Source of the DNA: Candidatus Sungiibacteriota bacterium
GTDB lineage: Bacteria > Patescibacteriota > Minisyncoccia > Sungbacterales > JACQCQ01
Direction of reading: 5' to 3'
DNA: 64,000 nt
Assembly (NCBI GenBank): GCA_016201505.1
Contig: JACQCQ010000013.1
Location: 80,830 to 144,829, forward strand
Within the stretch, counting starts at the first letter, position 1, and each line of letters starts with the position of its first letter. The notes under the pieces are model-generated. The model made no database searches, was not told where the DNA came from, and saw only the letters and a list, made by a program, of their open reading frames with translations. Below are positions 38,716 through 49,295 of this stretch, piece after piece. A program made the translations under genes and the position numbers.

Positions 38716-38835
38716 TGGAGAGCTGAAGCCATTGCATTTTTGGCACTTTGGAAATCTGGAAGAATCGATAAAATGAAAGCCGCGGGTTCCGCCGCGGCGC
38801 GTAGAGACATTGGATCAATCTTCTCTTCGCGTGAG

Positions 38836-39141
38836 TTAATCCCTCCGGTGGGATCGTTTGGCAACTATGAACGCGAGATCGCGCATGTGCTTATTAATCA
38901 CCGCCTGATTCAAATGAAAATCAGTGAACTCGGTGCGAAGCGCTTTCTGGAATGCAACCTTTCGATCTTCGAGGAGCTTTTGCGTTTTCCTCCAGCCACG
39001 TGATCGCGCTTTGGCGAATTGCTTGAGCTCTTCATCACAAAGTCGAATTTCTTCATAATAGACGACCCGCTGGTTCAAAACCTGAAGCTGGCAGACGACG
39101 AGATTCAGCAGTTGCATCGAACTCGAGACAGCTTTATTCAT
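38836..39141 (-). CDS. Hypothetical protein
   Basis: 101-aa ORF, SD GGGAGG. Confidence 0.55.
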   Translation of the reverse strand: MNKAVSSSMQLLNLVVCQLQVLNQRVVYYEEIRLCDEELKQFAKARSRGWRKTQKLLEDRKVAFQKALRTEFTDFHLNQAVINKHMRDLAFIVAKRSHRRD

Positions 39142-39194
39142 CAGTGCCCTCCCTATGTGTAGGAGCGTAAAACGCTGATGGCTGGATTGTCAAA

Positions 39195-41387
39195 TTACCG
39201 ACTTACGTACTGCTCGCCTTCCTCAAATTTAATCGAGACCAGTTTTGAGATGCCATCATCCCCCATGGTGACGCCGTACAAAATTCCGGCGCGCAGCATC
39301 GTCTCGCGGTTATGGGTGATAATAATTAATTGCGTCTTTTTAGAAAGTTCAACCAGCGTATCGGCATATTTTTGCGAGTTGGCTTCATCCAGCGCCGCAT
39401 CCGTTTCATCAAGCACCAAAAAGGGCGGCGGGTTCACCAGGACCATCGCAAATAAGAGCGCAATCGAGGCTAGCGCCCGCTCCCCGCCCGATAACATGGA
39501 AAGCGATCTAATGCGTTTTCGCGGGATATCGACGTCAATATCAATGCCGTATTCAATTTCTTCGGGTTCTTCTAAGCCGTCTTTTTCATCTTCATCACTC
39601 TTCCGACGGCCTAATTTTTCATAGGTTAATTTGGCGTGTCCCCCGCCAAAGATTATTTTAAAATACTGATCAAAGCCCTCATTGATTTTTTTAAATCCGC
39701 GATCAAAGTCATCGGCAATTTGTTTTTCTAAAGTCTCGATTAATTCTTGCAGTGAAGCGCTGGCGGCTTTTAAATCTTCCAGCTCCTTGGTTAAAAACTG
39801 GTAGCGCGATTCCGTGTCGGTGTACTCTTTAACCACCGAGGCGTCGATCCCGCCAATTTCTTCCAGCTTTCCCCGCAGCCGCTCAATTTTTTTAAATAAA
39901 TCTTGCGCGTCAGGATAGTGCGCCAGGTCATTGGCATCTACTTCACGCACCTTGGCTTCAGGCAGATTGACCAGAGCTAACTCTTTTTTAAGGGTCTCGC
40001 GGCGAGAATGTATATTCTCGCGAAGATAATTAGTCCGCTCGAGCTTCGATCGGATCTTGCCTCTTAATTCTTCGGCTTCGCGCAATTCACGCTCCAGTTT
40101 TCGCAAATCGGCCTCTGTGGCTCGCGAGACTGATTCGCGGACGCGCACTGCCTCGCGTTTCTTTGAAAGGTCAGCCGCGGCTTTTTGCAGTTCGGCTTCA
40201 AGCCTTTTTGCCTCCTCTTCCAGGATCTTGAGATCCTTTTGCCATGCCGCGTCCGGCGTAAGTTCCACACTGCCCCGGTCAATATCGCTGATTAAGGACT
40301 CAAGTTCGAAAACGGCGCTCTCAATTTTATGAGCCAACTCTGCGGGATTCCCCAGGCTCTCTTTTAATAACGAAAGGAGTTTGGTAATTTTTTCTTTGAT
40401 GTAGGCAGGGTCGGCAATGCGCACAGAGGGTTTTGCAAGCCTGTCTTTTTCGGCGAGGGCTCGTCCTTCGGCCCTGCCAAATTCGCGTTCCAAATTTTGG
40501 CGCGTCGTCTCCAAAGCCGCGAGTGAATTCTCGAGGCTGGTTACATCATCGGGATTCAGGGCCTCTGCCTCACGCGCTTCAATGGTTGACTTCAGGTGAC
40601 GGACCTTGGCTTCGGCTGATGCCAGTTCTTTTTCAAAAGGAGCGGCGTCTTTGGCAATTTCTTTTTCTTCACGCTCGATCTCAACTAAAATTCGGCAAAA
40701 ATAAATCCGTTCCAATTTTTCCAGATCGGCCTCGAGAGTTTCGCGAGCTTCGGCTTTTTCCGCCTGATGTTTTAAAAATTTAAGATGCGGCGCAATTTCG
40801 CGAACCAGAGCTTCAACTTGGTTCATATTCTCCTGCGTTAAGGCAAATTTCCGTTCGGATTCAATTTTTTTTATCTGATAAACCTTAAGTCCCAAAGCCT
40901 CCTCTAAAATCTCTTTCCGATCACGCGAAGAAGAGAGGAGCCAGCGGTCAACCTCGCCCTGTCCGATGATATTGTGCTTTTGATCTCCAAGCCCCATGCG
41001 CGCTATCAAGCCCACGATGTCTTTCAGGCGCACGATGGAATTATTCAGCGAGTACTCATTTGAGCCGTCGCGGAAAATCTTCCGCTCGACGATGACTTCC
41101 GGAAAATCAAGCGGAATTTTCCCGTCATGATTCTCAAAATACAAAGCCACCGAGGCCTTACCCATTCTCGGGACTTTCGGCGAGCCATTAAAAATCAAGT
41201 CCTCCCCGCGCCTGCCGCGGAGACTCTTCATGGATTGCTCGCCCAAGACCCAGCGGATGGCCTCGGCGATGTTTGATTTGCCCGAGCCGTTCGGCCCGAC
41301 AATGGCGCTGATCTCGACTGGGAATTCCAAAACCGTGTTTTTAGCAAACGATTTGAATCCAGAGATTGAAAGCTTAGAAAGGCGCAT
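39195..41387 (-). CDS. smc: SMC-family ATPase (short, ~730 aa)
   Basis: GFKSF, GPNGSGKSN, LSGGE, LDETDAALD, coiled coil. Confidence 0.9.
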   Translation of the reverse strand: MRLSKLSISGFKSFAKNTVLEFPVEISAIVGPNGSGKSNIAEAIRWVLGEQSMKSLRGRRGEDLIFNGSPKVPRMGKASVALYFENHDGKIPLDFPEVIVERKIFRDGSNEYSLNNSIVRLKDIVGLIARMGLGDQKHNIIGQGEVDRWLLSSSRDRKEILEEALGLKVYQIKKIESERKFALTQENMNQVEALVREIAPHLKFLKHQAEKAEARETLEADLEKLERIYFCRILVEIEREEKEIAKDAAPFEKELASAEAKVRHLKSTIEAREAEALNPDDVTSLENSLAALETTRQNLEREFGRAEGRALAEKDRLAKPSVRIADPAYIKEKITKLLSLLKESLGNPAELAHKIESAVFELESLISDIDRGSVELTPDAAWQKDLKILEEEAKRLEAELQKAAADLSKKREAVRVRESVSRATEADLRKLERELREAEELRGKIRSKLERTNYLRENIHSRRETLKKELALVNLPEAKVREVDANDLAHYPDAQDLFKKIERLRGKLEEIGGIDASVVKEYTDTESRYQFLTKELEDLKAASASLQELIETLEKQIADDFDRGFKKINEGFDQYFKIIFGGGHAKLTYEKLGRRKSDEDEKDGLEEPEEIEYGIDIDVDIPRKRIRSLSMLSGGERALASIALLFAMVLVNPPPFLVLDETDAALDEANSQKYADTLVELSKKTQLIIITHNRETMLRAGILYGVTMGDDGISKLVSIKFEEGEQYVSR

Positions 41388-41527
41388 ACTATTTAGAATA
41401 TCACGGTTCATTTGGGCGGACGAGATTTTTAGGTTATACGAAAAGGTTGATATACTGACATAATCTATGGTAAAACTCCGTCATCTTTAGCAAAGAAGCT
41501 CATCACTTGAGTACACGCAAAGGCCAT

Positions 41528-42286
41528 ATGCCATCAAACAAACCGCGAATTCTGCGCGGGCGAAAAGAAAACGGAGCGGCTCGAGCAATGGACTCTATCC
41601 CTTTACCCGTGCCTGCGTCTTTCGGAATTCTCAAGACTCGCGTCCCCGCAGTCGGAGGGGGGAAGTTTTTGGCTATCTCGGCAACAAATTTTATGCTGGC
41701 CTTCATGCTCCTCTATCTTGCGGGACTTATGCCCGATGGGGCAAAAGAGATTGCCGGAGCCATTACCCACCCGTTCATATTACAATCCCGGGCGGAAACG
41801 ACTCCCCTATCTGAAACAGAATCTCCCGCAGTCGGCGAGGATTCCAACTGGCGCATCGAAATACAAAAAATTAATGTTGACGCGCCGATTCTTCTGCCTG
41901 ATACGAGGGCGCCCGTCATCTTAAATGAAGATCTGACCCAAGGCGTCGTGCATTATCCGGGGTCGGCCATGCCGGGCGAAATTGGGAACGTATTTTTATT
42001 TGGTCACTCAACGGGACTCGCCTTCGTTCACAACAAGAACTACGAAATCTTTAACGACGTAAAAAAACTGGGGGCAGATGATGTCATAAAACTGGAGAAC
42101 AGCGGGCGCGTATACTTGTACCTTGTCAAGTCAGTCGAAAATAAAAAGGCGGGCGCCGCCGAAATTCAATTGACGTCAGATAAAAAACTGCTTACGCTTT
42201 CTACCTGTAACATTTTCGGCGGCGAGGAGGCGCGTTACATCGTAGAGGCGGAATTTTTAAGGAGCTATCCGGTGGTAGTCGATTAG
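41528..42286 (+). CDS. Sortase
   Basis: GHS, LTLSTC and downstream R catalytic residues; N-terminal TM. Confidence 0.88.
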   Translation: MPSNKPRILRGRKENGAARAMDSIPLPVPASFGILKTRVPAVGGGKFLAISATNFMLAFMLLYLAGLMPDGAKEIAGAITHPFILQSRAETTPLSETESPAVGEDSNWRIEIQKINVDAPILLPDTRAPVILNEDLTQGVVHYPGSAMPGEIGNVFLFGHSTGLAFVHNKNYEIFNDVKKLGADDVIKLENSGRVYLYLVKSVENKKAGAAEIQLTSDKKLLTLSTCNIFGGEEARYIVEAEFLRSYPVVVD

Positions 42287-42446
42287 TTTTCTAGTTTATC
42301 AGTTTGCTAGTTCAAACTAGCCGACTAGACAACTAGCGAACTGAACGTGCCGCCGGATACTTCCTCGAAAAGTTCGGGGAAAAGATCGTTCACACACCAA
42401 CGAGAAGAAAACCCAAAAACGCCCTAACCGGGAAAGGCGGAGAATC

Positions 42447-43727
42447 GTGAGAAAAATCCTGATCGCGCTTAGTGTGGTCCTCGCCATGGTCTTTTTTGTC
42501 CCCGGCCAGTCGTTCGCCAGGTTCATCTGGGCCAACCCCGGTGAGAGTCCGTTCACGCCGGCAAACACGCAAGGCATCGAAACGCACATCCGCCAGATGT
42601 CCTCCCTTCCGAAAGAGGTACAGGATGATCTGATCCGACAGGTGCAAGACGCACTCGTCGCCAAGGCGGCGCTAAAGCAGCTGATCGACGCGGAGCCAAG
42701 CCTGACCACAGAAGAGAAGTCGACTGCGTGGGAACAATACGCAAACGCGCCGGCCCCGTTCTTCAATGTCGAGGAGCTGGAAAAGCGGAGTCTTCCCCAG
42801 CCCGTACTCAAAAAAGCTCGGGCCTTGGTCAAGATTCCTACCGTCGCCTTCCTAAAGCCCGGCCAAGAGTTCGACTACATGGCTTCGGGCAAGGACCGAA
42901 TCGTCCGCGACGTGGTCTACACGCCGGCTCCCGGCATGCAGGCCAGCGTGCCCGCAATCCATCGACAAGGCAGCGAGCTGAAGGCCTATATCTTCGAGGC
43001 GAGCAAAGACGGCATGGGTTATGTCATCGTCATGCCGACCATCTGCAACAACTTGGCGATGTATCGCCATCAGCTGAATCTCGCCCAACCCGCTCCTACG
43101 CCGCGAGCCACGCCTGATGGGACGCCTACTGCGACGCTCCAGCCGCTTGGCCCCGAGTGGAAAATCTTCCACATCCGGGAGTGGAGGCCAGGACCCACGG
43201 CCAATAAGCTCGTGGGACACGATGGCTACCAGAGCCGCGATCTCGGCTTCGAGCTGACCGAGCATCACAGTCGCGGCGCGAAAACCGAGGCTTTGGCTGA
43301 ACACCTGGCCTGCGGCTATTTCACCTTCAAGATATTCGGCGTCCGCGCGACCGCCATCGGCCAGCCGTTTGTCCAAAACGGCAAGATCCAGGATACGATC
43401 GGCCAAAAGTACGTCGTCCGCCACTACGACGATAATCTCGTCGATCTCGCAATCGAAACGCCGGTCTGCCAAGGCGAGGGCGACATCGCCTTCAAGCGCA
43501 TCGAAGATCCATCCGCGGCGTGGGTCCTGCCGCACAGCGTCGTCTATGTCGAAGGCGCAAAAGAGCGCCACTACCAATATCCTCGCACGCAGGCTCTCAA
43601 AACCTGCTCGGGGCTGGGCAACGACTGGAAGATCTGCGGCAGGAACGTAGTCGCCGAGATTGGCGAATTCGCTCAAGAGTTCGCTGATCTGACGGTGACG
43701 CGATTCAACTTCCGTATCGGTCAGTGA
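42447..43727 (+). CDS. Secreted hypothetical protein
   Basis: Signal peptide, 426 aa, GC-rich codon usage. Confidence 0.7.
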   Translation: MRKILIALSVVLAMVFFVPGQSFARFIWANPGESPFTPANTQGIETHIRQMSSLPKEVQDDLIRQVQDALVAKAALKQLIDAEPSLTTEEKSTAWEQYANAPAPFFNVEELEKRSLPQPVLKKARALVKIPTVAFLKPGQEFDYMASGKDRIVRDVVYTPAPGMQASVPAIHRQGSELKAYIFEASKDGMGYVIVMPTICNNLAMYRHQLNLAQPAPTPRATPDGTPTATLQPLGPEWKIFHIREWRPGPTANKLVGHDGYQSRDLGFELTEHHSRGAKTEALAEHLACGYFTFKIFGVRATAIGQPFVQNGKIQDTIGQKYVVRHYDDNLVDLAIETPVCQGEGDIAFKRIEDPSAAWVLPHSVVYVEGAKERHYQYPRTQALKTCSGLGNDWKICGRNVVAEIGEFAQEFADLTVTRFNFRIGQ

Positions 43728-43775
43728 CGAGATGAGGCGGCGCGGAACTCCGCGCCGCCTCATCAGAAAATTTTT

Positions 43776-44477
43776 ATGTCAACTGCCAACAAAAAATTTA
43801 TTTTGGAAAATTCTTTTACGGGGAGATTTCTCTTTCTCTTGACTTTGTTATGCATATTTAGTTTTTCACTTATTTTAATAAACCGAGAATTCAACGCCCA
43901 TATTTCCTTCATCCATTCAGCCTTAGCGGACGCTGGCGGAGAGGGTTCCGGTGACGCGGGCGGAGAGGGATCGGGAGATGCCGGGGGAGAAGGCGCGGGT
44001 GATGCGGGAGGAGAGAGCATCGGAGGAGTTAGTGTTGCCCCGGGTCAGCCTAGCGGCAATCCGCCGGGCGATCAGCCGGGCACGCCGCCCTCAAGTCCGC
44101 CGACCGCACCAATCAGTCCGCCGCCGCCTGCACCACCGTCCCCTCCATCACCTCCATCACCTCCATCACCTCCAACTCCACCTTCACCGCCAGGCTCTCC
44201 GGGCTCACCGCCTTCAAGTCCCCCGGGCGGCGGGGGAAGTTTTTCTCCGGGAATTTGTCTTGATCCGGGCGGCTTAAATTACGGCGGCTCGCTGCCCTGC
44301 ACGTATCCCAGCGGCAATATCTCGTTAAGAAAAGAAATTTCGCCGACTGCATTTATTTATTTATCGCAAGTGCCTTATACCGGCATTGGCGACAATACCG
44401 AAACTATTGGTTTCTTTCTCTCACTTCTTGGTCTTAGTCTCGCCGGAACATATTTAATGACGAATCGAAAAACCTAA
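43776..44477 (+). CDS. Pro/Gly-rich surface protein with sortase-like sorting signal
   Basis: DAGGEG x4, PPS repeats, VPYTG + TM + RK tail. Confidence 0.75.
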   Translation: MSTANKKFILENSFTGRFLFLLTLLCIFSFSLILINREFNAHISFIHSALADAGGEGSGDAGGEGSGDAGGEGAGDAGGESIGGVSVAPGQPSGNPPGDQPGTPPSSPPTAPISPPPPAPPSPPSPPSPPSPPTPPSPPGSPGSPPSSPPGGGGSFSPGICLDPGGLNYGGSLPCTYPSGNISLRKEISPTAFIYLSQVPYTGIGDNTETIGFFLSLLGLSLAGTYLMTNRKT

Positions 44478-44483
44478 CACGGT

Positions 44484-45470
44484 ATGGCCCAACTTCAGGC
44501 ACTATTACGTCCCTTGCTCGCAATTGCGGTCCTCTTCATCATCCTGATTTTAATCGTCGGGCTGATTGGCAAGATGTTTTCCGGCATTCATTTTGGTTCG
44601 CTGCTTTCTGCCATATCAATTTCGCGCGAGAAAATTAGCGTGGCCGCCGCTCCGGCTGTCGTTGCCTCCGGCGAGAAAACCGCCATCTCTTGGAACCATG
44701 AGCATAAAAGCGCTAACGGATTATATGAGCTTGTCTATCCCTGCCGAGAGAATCTAATAATAAAAACTGAATCAGGCGAGACAATCTCCTGCAACTCAAG
44801 TTATCCCCTGGGCTCATCAAACTCGATTATCATTATTCCCACTCTCGAAGGCAGCGATACGGCCAACATTCCCGTCTCTATCAGCTTTACGCCAAACGGC
44901 GCGGATCGCGTCGCTCTTTCCGGTTCAGTCCAATTGACCATTAACCCAGCATCGGGTGCATCGACCAGCAAAGCCAGCACGTCAACTAAAGGGTCAAGTG
45001 AGAGCACAAAACCCGGTAATAAAAAAATGAATACCTACCCCATACCTGGAGGCCAATCAACGCCGCCTTTGGCGAATCAGAACGGCTATCCTGATTTGGC
45101 TATCGAGCTTATCGCTGCGGGCTCACTTGCGACAACCAGCGGGACCGAGACGCTGATACCAAAATCTACGCTTCTCCCAGGCGAGCAGGCGGGAGTTCGG
45201 TTTATTATAAAAAATATCGGCAGCGGACCATCCGGCCCCTGGATTTTTAACGCCAATCTCCCAATCAATTCGAGCGGCAGTTTCTTTATCTCGGATTCAC
45301 AAGCTTCGCTAAACCCCGGCGAGAGTGTCGTGTTTACCATGGGCTTTAATAACCTGAAAAATTCCGGCGCTAACGTCGCAACCTTCACCGTTGATCCAAA
45401 CGCCTATATCTCGCGTGACCTCAATCGAGCCAATAACTCGTTCTCGGTCACCATCAATCGAGGATACTAA
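44484..45470 (+). CDS. CARDB/Ig-like domain membrane-anchored protein
   Basis: PDLAI..IKNIG..LNPGES..VDP..NN. Confidence 0.7.
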   Translation: MAQLQALLRPLLAIAVLFIILILIVGLIGKMFSGIHFGSLLSAISISREKISVAAAPAVVASGEKTAISWNHEHKSANGLYELVYPCRENLIIKTESGETISCNSSYPLGSSNSIIIIPTLEGSDTANIPVSISFTPNGADRVALSGSVQLTINPASGASTSKASTSTKGSSESTKPGNKKMNTYPIPGGQSTPPLANQNGYPDLAIELIAAGSLATTSGTETLIPKSTLLPGEQAGVRFIIKNIGSGPSGPWIFNANLPINSSGSFFISDSQASLNPGESVVFTMGFNNLKNSGANVATFTVDPNAYISRDLNRANNSFSVTINRGY

Positions 45471-45539
45471 AACTTGAATTAAGAATTAGGAATAAAGAAT
45501 TAGACGAAAACCAAAAATCGGCCGCGGCCGATTTTTGGT

Positions 45540-46232
45540 TTAGCCCCAACTCTTAACTTGCAGACCCAAACGCGCGGCTTCTTCTTGGGCAATTTGTTTA
45601 GATGGCCCCTCGCCTTCGGCTACCAATTCCCTCCCCAAATAAATGCCGACCACAAAATGCTTGTCGTGATCCGGCCCCCATTCTCGAATGACTTCATAGG
45701 TTGGCGTGATCCCGACGCGCTCTTGTGCTTCTTCTTGAAACAATGATTTGGGATCTTGATACAGCCGTTTTTCCAAAACCATCTCGAGTTTCGGCATCAC
45801 GCTACCCATAATAAATTTTTTGGCCATGGCGTATCCCTGGTCTAAGTAAATGGCACCGGTTAAGGCCTCGAAGGTATTGGCCAAAATGTACTGCCTGGCG
45901 CGGCCGACGTCTTTGGCTTCGCCTCGCGAAAGCAAAAGAAATTCATTAAAACTTATACCCAGCGCCACATCTGAAAGCATTTTTGAATTAACCAGTGCCG
46001 CACGGAGGGTGGTTAACTCCCCCTCGGGCCTGGCCGGGAACATGGCATATAACTCCTCGGTTACGACAAGCTCCAGCACCGCATCTCCCAAAAACTCGAG
46101 CCGCTCATTGTGGCCCATGCCGAGATTGGGATTTTCGTTTAAATAGGAACGATGCAAAAATGCCTGACGCAACAGGTCCTTGTTTTGGAACGTTACATTG
46201 ATTTTTTCCTCCAACTTTCTAAAATCGGACAT
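45540..46232 (-). CDS. rnc: Ribonuclease III
   Basis: NERLEFLGDAVL, dsRBD. Confidence 0.97.
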   Translation of the reverse strand: MSDFRKLEEKINVTFQNKDLLRQAFLHRSYLNENPNLGMGHNERLEFLGDAVLELVVTEELYAMFPARPEGELTTLRAALVNSKMLSDVALGISFNEFLLLSRGEAKDVGRARQYILANTFEALTGAIYLDQGYAMAKKFIMGSVMPKLEMVLEKRLYQDPKSLFQEEAQERVGITPTYEVIREWGPDHDKHFVVGIYLGRELVAEGEGPSKQIAQEEAARLGLQVKSWG

Positions 46233-46344
46233 GTCCTCGGAAGCACGAATCAAGAATCACGCTCGCCTGATTCCTAATTCCTGCCTGCTCCGTACCGAAC
46301 TGGTTCTGGTGCGGGGATTTTTAATTCTGCTGTTAATGGTTGGC

Positions 46345-46836
46345 TTATTTCTTGTCACTGGTCTCCTGTTTTTCTGCCTCTTTTTTCTCATGCCGCGATG
46401 GATGTTCCTTGCCCGGTTCACCGATTTCGCGATAGACCGTTCCTAAAACGCCGTTCACGAACCGAAATGATGAGTCGCTGCCGAATGATTTTGCCAGTTC
46501 AATCGCCTCATTGATCGCGACCTTCGGCGGTACTTCTTCTCGATTACCGAACAACAATTCATAGAGCCCCAACCGCAATAAATTTCGGTCAATCGTCGCG
46601 ATCATCTCAATCGGCCACTCGGGAGCGGCGCGTTCGATGATGGTATCAATCTGCGGCAGGTGGTCTTTTACGCCGTTGACCAGCCGCCAGATGAAATCCG
46701 TTTCTTCGAGTCCCGGCCCGAACTCCTCGATGTTCCGCTTCGTAATCACATCCAAATCCTCGGGGTTCTTCCCACGAAAGTCCCATTCGAATATGGATTG
46801 CATGGCAATACTTCTTGAAAGGTGCCGATTAGCCAT
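46345..46836 (-). CDS. nusB: Transcription antitermination factor NusB
   Basis: DRNLLRLG, VAINEAIELAK, FVNGVL. Confidence 0.96.
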   Translation of the reverse strand: MANRHLSRSIAMQSIFEWDFRGKNPEDLDVITKRNIEEFGPGLEETDFIWRLVNGVKDHLPQIDTIIERAAPEWPIEMIATIDRNLLRLGLYELLFGNREEVPPKVAINEAIELAKSFGSDSSFRFVNGVLGTVYREIGEPGKEHPSRHEKKEAEKQETSDKK

Positions 46837-46969
46837 AAAGGTACAAATCCGAAATCCTAAATTCGAAATCCTAAACAAATTCTAATCCTCAAAAAACAAA
46901 ATTTCAAACGTTTCGAATTTTGAACTTTATAATTTGTCCCGAATTTAGGGTTTCGTATTTAGAGTTTGC

Positions 46970-47254
46970 TTAGCGATGCGAGAGCTCCTCGGCGTTCAAT
47001 GTTTTGCTCTGTGCGGAGCTTTCCTTCTCGTGTTGCTGTAACTCTTTTTCTTTCTTTCTGCGTTCTTTCTTGTCGAGTCTCGCCAAGACATCAATCACCT
47101 GCTTGCCTTTGTAATAGCCGCAATTGGCGCAAATCGTGTGCGGATAGACTTCCGTCTGGCAGTGCGAGCATTTTGCGAGCGCGCGAAGCTTCAAGGCGTG
47201 ATGCGATCTCACGCGGTTCCTCTTGCCTCTCGTATGCCGCATTCGGATGACCAT
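46970..47254 (-). CDS. rpmF: 50S ribosomal protein L32
   Basis: CSHC..HTICANCGYYKG. Confidence 0.93.
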   Translation of the reverse strand: MVIRMRHTRGKRNRVRSHHALKLRALAKCSHCQTEVYPHTICANCGYYKGKQVIDVLARLDKKERRKKEKELQQHEKESSAQSKTLNAEELSHR

Positions 47255-47404
47255 TACAGTAGACTACTGTCTACTGTCCACCGACTACAGCCGGAGCGGT
47301 AGTCAGTAGTCTGTAGTCAGTATGCTTTTAATACCGAGATAGGATAACAAAATACGACTATTTTGACAACACTCACGACATGTTTTAAGGAAGAAGCGAC
47401 AACT

Positions 47405-47578
47405 ATGAAGCTCCACGGCCGTGAGGCCGTGACATCTCGCAATTCGCCTTCAGGCGAACTCTTGCGAGATCGGCGGAATCCGCCAAAGCATCCATTCCTT
47501 AACTCGGCTTAGGGTTATCCGTTGTAATCGCATTCAACCTCAGGCTAACGCCCGATGTCTTCTGCGACGGCGGATAAA
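47405..47578. repeat. Structured repeat family S, copy 3
   Basis: Aligns at both ends with 20234..20413. Confidence 0.75.
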
Positions 47579-47629
47579 AATACGGGGGAACGTCGCCGTT
47601 CCCCCACTCACCACGGATGCGGACTTCCG

Positions 47630-47872
47630 CTAATTGCGCCGATACCGGCGATCCCATTCTGCCTTCAACTTCCTCTCGGCCGAAAGATCCAGGATCACCG
47701 ACCGAAGCTCGGGAATCAGGACGACCTTCTGCTCGGCCTTTGGGGCCTTCGGCCCATCAGCCGACTTCGCAACATCATCGGGCTTCGATTTTTGCGGCGA
47801 GAAGTCGAAGTGCCGGAACTTCAGATCGCGTCCTAACTCCTCCAGACCGAAGGACCCCCGGAGTTCGTCCAT
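47630..47872 (-). CDS. Hypothetical protein
   Basis: 80-aa ORF with SD AGGAGG. Confidence 0.5.
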   Translation of the reverse strand: MDELRGSFGLEELGRDLKFRHFDFSPQKSKPDDVAKSADGPKAPKAEQKVVLIPELRSVILDLSAERKLKAEWDRRYRRN

Positions 47873-48062
47873 GGCATCCTCCTATGGCTTCGGATACCTT
47901 TATCATAACGGGTCTTTTATAAAAACCAAATAAAAAAACCTAAACGCGGTACAATCAGAAAGGCTCAAGCGACGGCGGCTTTGACTGAACATCCTACCTG
48001 TTTCGATAAAATAAAAAGCTCTGTAAGAGCTACCCGAGAAAGCCCCACTCTCCAGACATCGA

Positions 48063-48146
48063 AAGTGATTTCTTATCGTCGGGCTGGCGGTGGGATCATT
48101 GCCGTTTGAAGGGTATTCAAAATAAAGGTGCGCTAAGAAATCACTT
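48063..48146. ncRNA. Unknown structured motif, copy 1 (3' of mreB)
   Basis: Core TCGGGCTGGCGGTGGGATCATT..GAAGGG..AAATAAAGG closed by a 13-bp stem; second copy at 55034. Confidence 0.45.
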
Positions 48147-48156
48147 CCAATGTGCG

Positions 48157-49167
48157 CTACCTCTTCGACATAATCGAGCGCTTGTAGATATCAAGATGCT
48201 CAAGCGCAATCCCCGTACCTTTGGCAACACAGAGCAACGCATCTTCGGCCAAGTGCGCCGGAATGCCGATTTCGCGCTCGATTAACACGTCTAAATTGCG
48301 AAGCAGCGAACCCCCGCCGGTCATCACAATACCGCGATCCATAATATCGGCTGATAATTCGGGAGGCGTCTCATGAAGGACCGTCTTGATGGCCCGCAAA
48401 ATCTCTGCCAGAGCCTCTTCTAAGGCTTGGGTGATGGCCGAAGATGAAATTTTAATCGTCCGCGGGAGGCCCGAGAGCAAATCGCGGCCTTTTACTTCCA
48501 TTGCCTCATCTTCAGTGATCTCAACCGCGCTGCCAATGGCAATTTTAACTTCCTCGGCGGTGCGATCCCCAATCGCTAAATTGAAATTTCGTTTAATATA
48601 TTCGGCGATGGCCTGATCTAATTTATTGCCCGCAACTTTAACTGATGTCGAAGCCACAATCCCGCCCAGCGAAATCACCGCGACATCAGTCGTCCCGCCG
48701 CCAATATCGATGACCATGTGGCCAGCGGCTTCATTAATGGGGATACCGGCTCCAATAGCGGCCAGCACCGGTTCTTTTACGACATAGGCGGCTTTGGCAC
48801 CCGCATGCACGGTAGCTTCAATCACGGCGCGCCGTTCAGTTGACGTGACACCGGCAGGAACTGAGACCATGACTTCGGGCCGTATAAAGCGAAACCAATT
48901 GCCGGCATTTGAAATAAAATATTTGAGCATGGCTTCGGTGACGCGATAGTCAGCAATGACGCCGTCCCGCAAAGGACGATAGGCCATGATGCTCTCTGGG
49001 GTTCGGCCGATCATGTCCCGTGCTGCATTGCCAACTGCGAGTATCCGGTTATCATCCACAGAAACTGCAACCACCGATGGCTCATTAATAATGACACCAC
49101 GCCCAGGCACAAAAACGAGCGTATTGGCGGTGCCTAAATCTATGCCGATTTTTTGCGAGAAAAACAT
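48157..49167 (-). CDS. mreB: Rod shape-determining protein MreB
   Basis: IGIDLGTANT, DIGGGTT, TGGGSLL. Confidence 0.96.
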   Translation of the reverse strand: MFFSQKIGIDLGTANTLVFVPGRGVIINEPSVVAVSVDDNRILAVGNAARDMIGRTPESIMAYRPLRDGVIADYRVTEAMLKYFISNAGNWFRFIRPEVMVSVPAGVTSTERRAVIEATVHAGAKAAYVVKEPVLAAIGAGIPINEAAGHMVIDIGGGTTDVAVISLGGIVASTSVKVAGNKLDQAIAEYIKRNFNLAIGDRTAEEVKIAIGSAVEITEDEAMEVKGRDLLSGLPRTIKISSSAITQALEEALAEILRAIKTVLHETPPELSADIMDRGIVMTGGGSLLRNLDVLIEREIGIPAHLAEDALLCVAKGTGIALEHLDIYKRSIMSKR

Positions 49168-49295
49168 GAGCGTTCCCATTTTACGCGCATTTAAAAGGCC
49201 GAGGCAAGGGGCTATCGAAACGCGCGCGCCTTGCGATATTAGACTGCAGTTTTAGACGCTTGGCAATTGTACGGCTTTTAGCTAGAGTTCTCGAT

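Noticed and set aside
42852-43763. 303-aa minus-strand ORF
   Set aside because: Antisense shadow of GC-rich gene 42447..43727, which has a signal peptide
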